Source of the DNA: Candidatus Poribacteria bacterium
Lineage (GTDB): Bacteria; Poribacteria; WGA-4E; WGA-3G
Length of the DNA stretch: 64,000 bases
Direction of reading: 5' to 3'
NCBI GenBank assembly: GCA_965242965.1
Contig: OZ251518.1
Location: 3,264,001-3,328,000, forward strand
Shown here: positions 63,429-64,000 of the stretch, one piece after another
Layout of the letters: every line of letters begins with the position of its first letter
Position numbering within the stretch: the first letter of the stretch is position 1
Made by a program: the position numbers and the translations under genes
The notes under the pieces: generated by a model
The model's database searches: none
Told to the model about the DNA's origin: nothing
The model's input: the letters and a program-made list of their open reading frames with translations, nothing else

Positions 63429-64000
63429 ATGAAAATGAAAGCATTTTCGATTCTATTGACGCTCGTGTGTATCGAGTTCGTCTTGATGCTTGCAGGGAAC
63501 ACCTCTGCGCAACAAGCGAAGATTGAGTTTACAGCGGAAACTGATGATGTCGTAGTGGAAGAAAGGCAGTATGAGATAGATGATAAGACAACGCTCACCA
63601 TTACCCTCAGACGCGGCGGTGCAGTGGTGCCGAACCAACCTGTCGAATTTCGGGTTCTTGGTTTTGTGGACCAGAACAATCGCTTCCTACCGCCGCCGGT
63701 TCCTGAGGCTGCTTCAGTCAGTCCAGAGAGGGGAGTCACCGACAATAACGGGCGGGTAACAACCACGGTGACTTTCCATAAGTCAGGACGCGTTGGAATC
63801 GAAGCAGAAGCACTTGATTCTCTCTACGTTCATGCTTTTCGGGTTAAGGCCGAACCGCCGCCACCGCCACCGCCTCCACCACCGCCACCGCCACCGCCGG
63901 AAATAACCCGCATTGTTGCGACTCCGAAGGTTGAGGGGGCCCTCGCTGTCGGCGATACCTTCACATACTCGATCGAGATTAAAAATGTGAAAGATTTAGC
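63429..64000 (+). CDS. Secreted surface protein, Ig-like domain + Pro15 linker + cohesin-like start (partial)
   Basis: AGGAGG RBS; signal peptide; TDNNGRVTTTVT; poly-Pro 63855-63899; VGDTFTYSIEIKNVKDL. Confidence 0.8.
   Translation, partial: MKMKAFSILLTLVCIEFVLMLAGNTSAQQAKIEFTAETDDVVVEERQYEIDDKTTLTITLRRGGAVVPNQPVEFRVLGFVDQNNRFLPPPVPEAASVSPERGVTDNNGRVTTTVTFHKSGRVGIEAEALDSLYVHAFRVKAEPPPPPPPPPPPPPPPEITRIVATPKVEGALAVGDTFTYSIEIKNVKDL

Overview
Bacterial genomic window, most consistent with Candidatus Poribacteria. This is an inference from the C-terminal V.P..KL..WG.LK motifs, dockerin/cohesin and FGE-sulfatase proteins, and dense GTAG-palindrome repeats. It holds about 48 genes: housekeeping (murK-like/murQ, tsaD-tsaC, pgsA-like, mazG-like), transport (BMP lipoprotein, porin+BCCT), a sulfatase, four DNA methyltransferases and a toxin-antitoxin fusion. 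Highlights: (1) six tandem sigma70 promoters with 17-bp spacers, followed by a ~900-nt highly structured region with no convincing ORF and then a surface-protein gene; (2) two different DNA methyltransferase genes frameshifted at the identical motif TGAA-G8-TC, both restored by G7; (3) MITE-like elements with 14-bp TIRs and TTAA-containing 8-12 bp target duplications, carrying shuffled REP-like hairpin modules that have also entered proteins in frame; (4) an RGPP-ending Cys-rich leader ahead of a metal-binding / FMN-bind-like / cytochrome c-porin fusion operon; (5) a cobalamin riboswitch ahead of a non-Btu three-gene operon; (6) a tyrosinase-heme peroxidase operon. No rRNA, tRNA, CRISPR array or transposase was seen. 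All product calls come from motif recognition by eye; no searches were run.
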